Below the pieces are notes generated by a model that did not search any database, was not told where the DNA came from, and saw only the letters and a list, made by a program, of their open reading frames with translations. Made by a program: the position numbers and the translations under genes. From Bdellovibrionota bacterium (GTDB taxonomy: Bacteria > Bdellovibrionota > Bdellovibrionia > Bdellovibrionales > Bdellovibrionaceae), in NCBI GenBank assembly GCA_038043185.1, contig JBBTCO010000003.1:1484-65483 (forward strand): DNA of 64,000 nt. The letters run 5' to 3'. Positions 62,701 through 64,000 of the stretch are shown one piece after another; position 1 is the first letter of the stretch; every line of letters begins with the position of its first letter.

Positions 62701-64000
62701 TTCCAAGCCCTTCAAATTTCTTTTATTTCTTTTATTGATTCCTCAACTTGGGATAGCTGCTTTTAAATTGCACGTTTTAAAAGAACCCTTGAGTCTGGAT
62801 CCCCAGTCTCAGGGTGGCGCCGTAAGTAGCTATTTGCTACAGAATCTTCATCGCGGACTTTTTAAATTCGATAATGAAAAAGGTCTTGTCCCCGATCTAG
62901 CCGAAAAAAAATGCACTCGCAGCTCTAAAGACTTAAAACTTACCTGTAAACTTAAAAAAAATCTTAAGTGGAGTGACGGCACAGCCTTAAAATCGTCGGA
63001 CTTTGTAAACGCTTACGAATTTTTGCTGAAGAATCCAATTAATTCCGGGCAAGGACTAAGTTTGTTAAGTTTAAAAAATGCAGAAAAGTTTATTTCCACA
63101 AAAACCAACTTCAATGAAGTGGGAATTAAAGCGATTGACGATAGAACTTTACAATTTGAATTCACGGAGCCCCAGCCCGAATTTGAATACAACTTATGTC
63201 AAACCACTTTAAGTCCTCGACCCTCGAACCCGAAACAATTTAGCGGACCTTATCAGCTTAAAGATTGGAAAAAATCCAAAAGTCTTTTGTTAACTCAAAA
63301 TCCAAACTACCCTACTGGAAATTCCAAACGACCTGATGTTGAGTTTCTTTTTATTATCGATGACTCGACCGCACTTAAGCTTTACGAGAAAAATCAGCTC
63401 GATTTTTTACGTCGTCTGCCGACTTCACTTTATCAACAATGGAAAGATAAACCCGATTTTAAATCCTTCGAGATTTTGCGTTTTGATTATTATGGATTTA
63501 ATCAAGATCTTGACTCAATCGAACAACGGAAACTTCTTAGCGAAGCACTCGATTATGAGGATTTACAAAAAATCTTTCAATCCAAAGGACGACCAGGCTG
63601 TGTGGCTTTGCCCTCTTCCTTTTTTCAAAATGGCGAAATCCCCTGTGTTAACTTTAAATCTACTTCAACCCCACCGCCAAAAATTTCTTGGCCAAAAGAT
63701 ATGGTTATCAGCTATTCCGCGCAAGGTGGCGATGATCATCGCCGACTTGCCGAATGGCTGCAATCACATTGGAAAAAACGCTTAGATTTAGATTTTCGAA
63801 TTCAAGCGATGGAAAACAAAGTCTTTATTTCACAACTTCACAGCAAACCCACCTCCGTGTTTCGCAAAGGCGTCACCTTGGACCGACCCACTTGCCTTGC
63901 CGCACTTGAAATTTTTCATCACGCCCATCCCGAGAATTTTTTAAAAATTAATTCTAAGGACTATGAAAAACTACTTTCTGAAATCAAATTGACAACCAAC
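62642..64000 (+). CDS. ABC transporter substrate-binding protein, family 5 (peptide/nickel type), 3'-truncated by the window edge
   Basis: This ORF is not in the supplied track because it has no stop before the window end. The frame is open from the ATG at 62642 to 64000. My translation gives a signal-like KPFKFLLFLLLIPQLGIAA, then LKEPLSLDPQ..., LKWSDGTALKSSDF, GPYQLKDWKK and FLFIIDDSTALKLYEKNQLDF, typical of the SBP_bac_5 family. The start is uncertain; it would overlap the acyl-CoA dehydrogenase gene by 59 nt. Confidence 0.7.
   Translation, partial: MKAPVTCNFKLSLKSNSNGNSKPFKFLLFLLLIPQLGIAAFKLHVLKEPLSLDPQSQGGAVSSYLLQNLHRGLFKFDNEKGLVPDLAEKKCTRSSKDLKLTCKLKKNLKWSDGTALKSSDFVNAYEFLLKNPINSGQGLSLLSLKNAEKFISTKTNFNEVGIKAIDDRTLQFEFTEPQPEFEYNLCQTTLSPRPSNPKQFSGPYQLKDWKKSKSLLLTQNPNYPTGNSKRPDVEFLFIIDDSTALKLYEKNQLDFLRRLPTSLYQQWKDKPDFKSFEILRFDYYGFNQDLDSIEQRKLLSEALDYEDLQKIFQSKGRPGCVALPSSFFQNGEIPCVNFKSTSTPPPKISWPKDMVISYSAQGGDDHRRLAEWLQSHWKKRLDLDFRIQAMENKVFISQLHSKPTSVFRKGVTLDRPTCLAALEIFHHAHPENFLKINSKDYEKLLSEIKLTTN

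Noticed and set aside
63336-63785. 149-aa plus-strand ORF listed in the track
   Set aside because: It is out of frame with the long open frame encoding the family-5 solute-binding protein, and its sequence looks non-protein-like.
1-64000. CRISPR arrays, rRNA genes, prophage or recognisable toxin-antitoxin or defence-system genes
   Set aside because: While reading both strands I saw no regularly spaced direct repeats, no rRNA-like conserved stretches, and no phage structural, integrase or known defence signature proteins. The scan was by eye, so short or degenerate arrays could have been missed.

Overview
A 64-kb chromosomal segment from a moderately AT-rich Gram-negative bacterium. It is densely packed with about 60 protein genes and one tRNA. 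I saw no rRNA, CRISPR array, integrase or intact transposase. The many signal-peptide hydrolases, small secreted proteins, a GYF-PilZ protein and the core gene order suggest a Bdellovibrio-like predatory lineage; this is an inference, not verified. Recognisable housekeeping genes, in order: dnaE (5'-truncated), lipB, tRNA-Val(GAC), ttcA, an MscS channel, a RumA/RumB-type rRNA methyltransferase, yfgM-like/bamB, leucine dehydrogenase, a NitT/TauT-type ABC importer, yceD-rpmF-fabH-fabD-fabG-acpP-fabF-rpiB-glyA, an M23 peptidase, dedA, a patatin-like lipase, kup, an MnmC-type methyltransferase, a TIGR01212 radical SAM protein, nrdA-nrdB, scpA-scpB, trpS, an M50 protease, an acyl-CoA dehydrogenase and a 3'-truncated family-5 solute-binding protein that is missing from the ORF track. 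The most unusual signal is a 64-bp GC-rich module present twice in opposite orientation (19153-19216 and 21195-21258). Each copy sits at the exact centre of a different, perfectly base-paired long palindrome (36-bp and 32-bp arms). Together the two copies bracket an alpha/beta-hydrolase gene and a small secreted-protein gene. Other items worth a second look: a translationally coupled operon next to tRNA-Val encoding a signal-peptide Toprim-domain protein and an EEP nuclease; a 640-bp non-coding stretch with frameshifted ORF debris; an HTTM (VKGC-like) membrane module; a patatin gene whose catalytic glycine-rich motif lies upstream of any canonical start codon; a Cys4 motif in TrpRS; and candidate operator repeats. 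All calls come from reading the supplied translations and the sequence by eye. No searches or folding programs were run.
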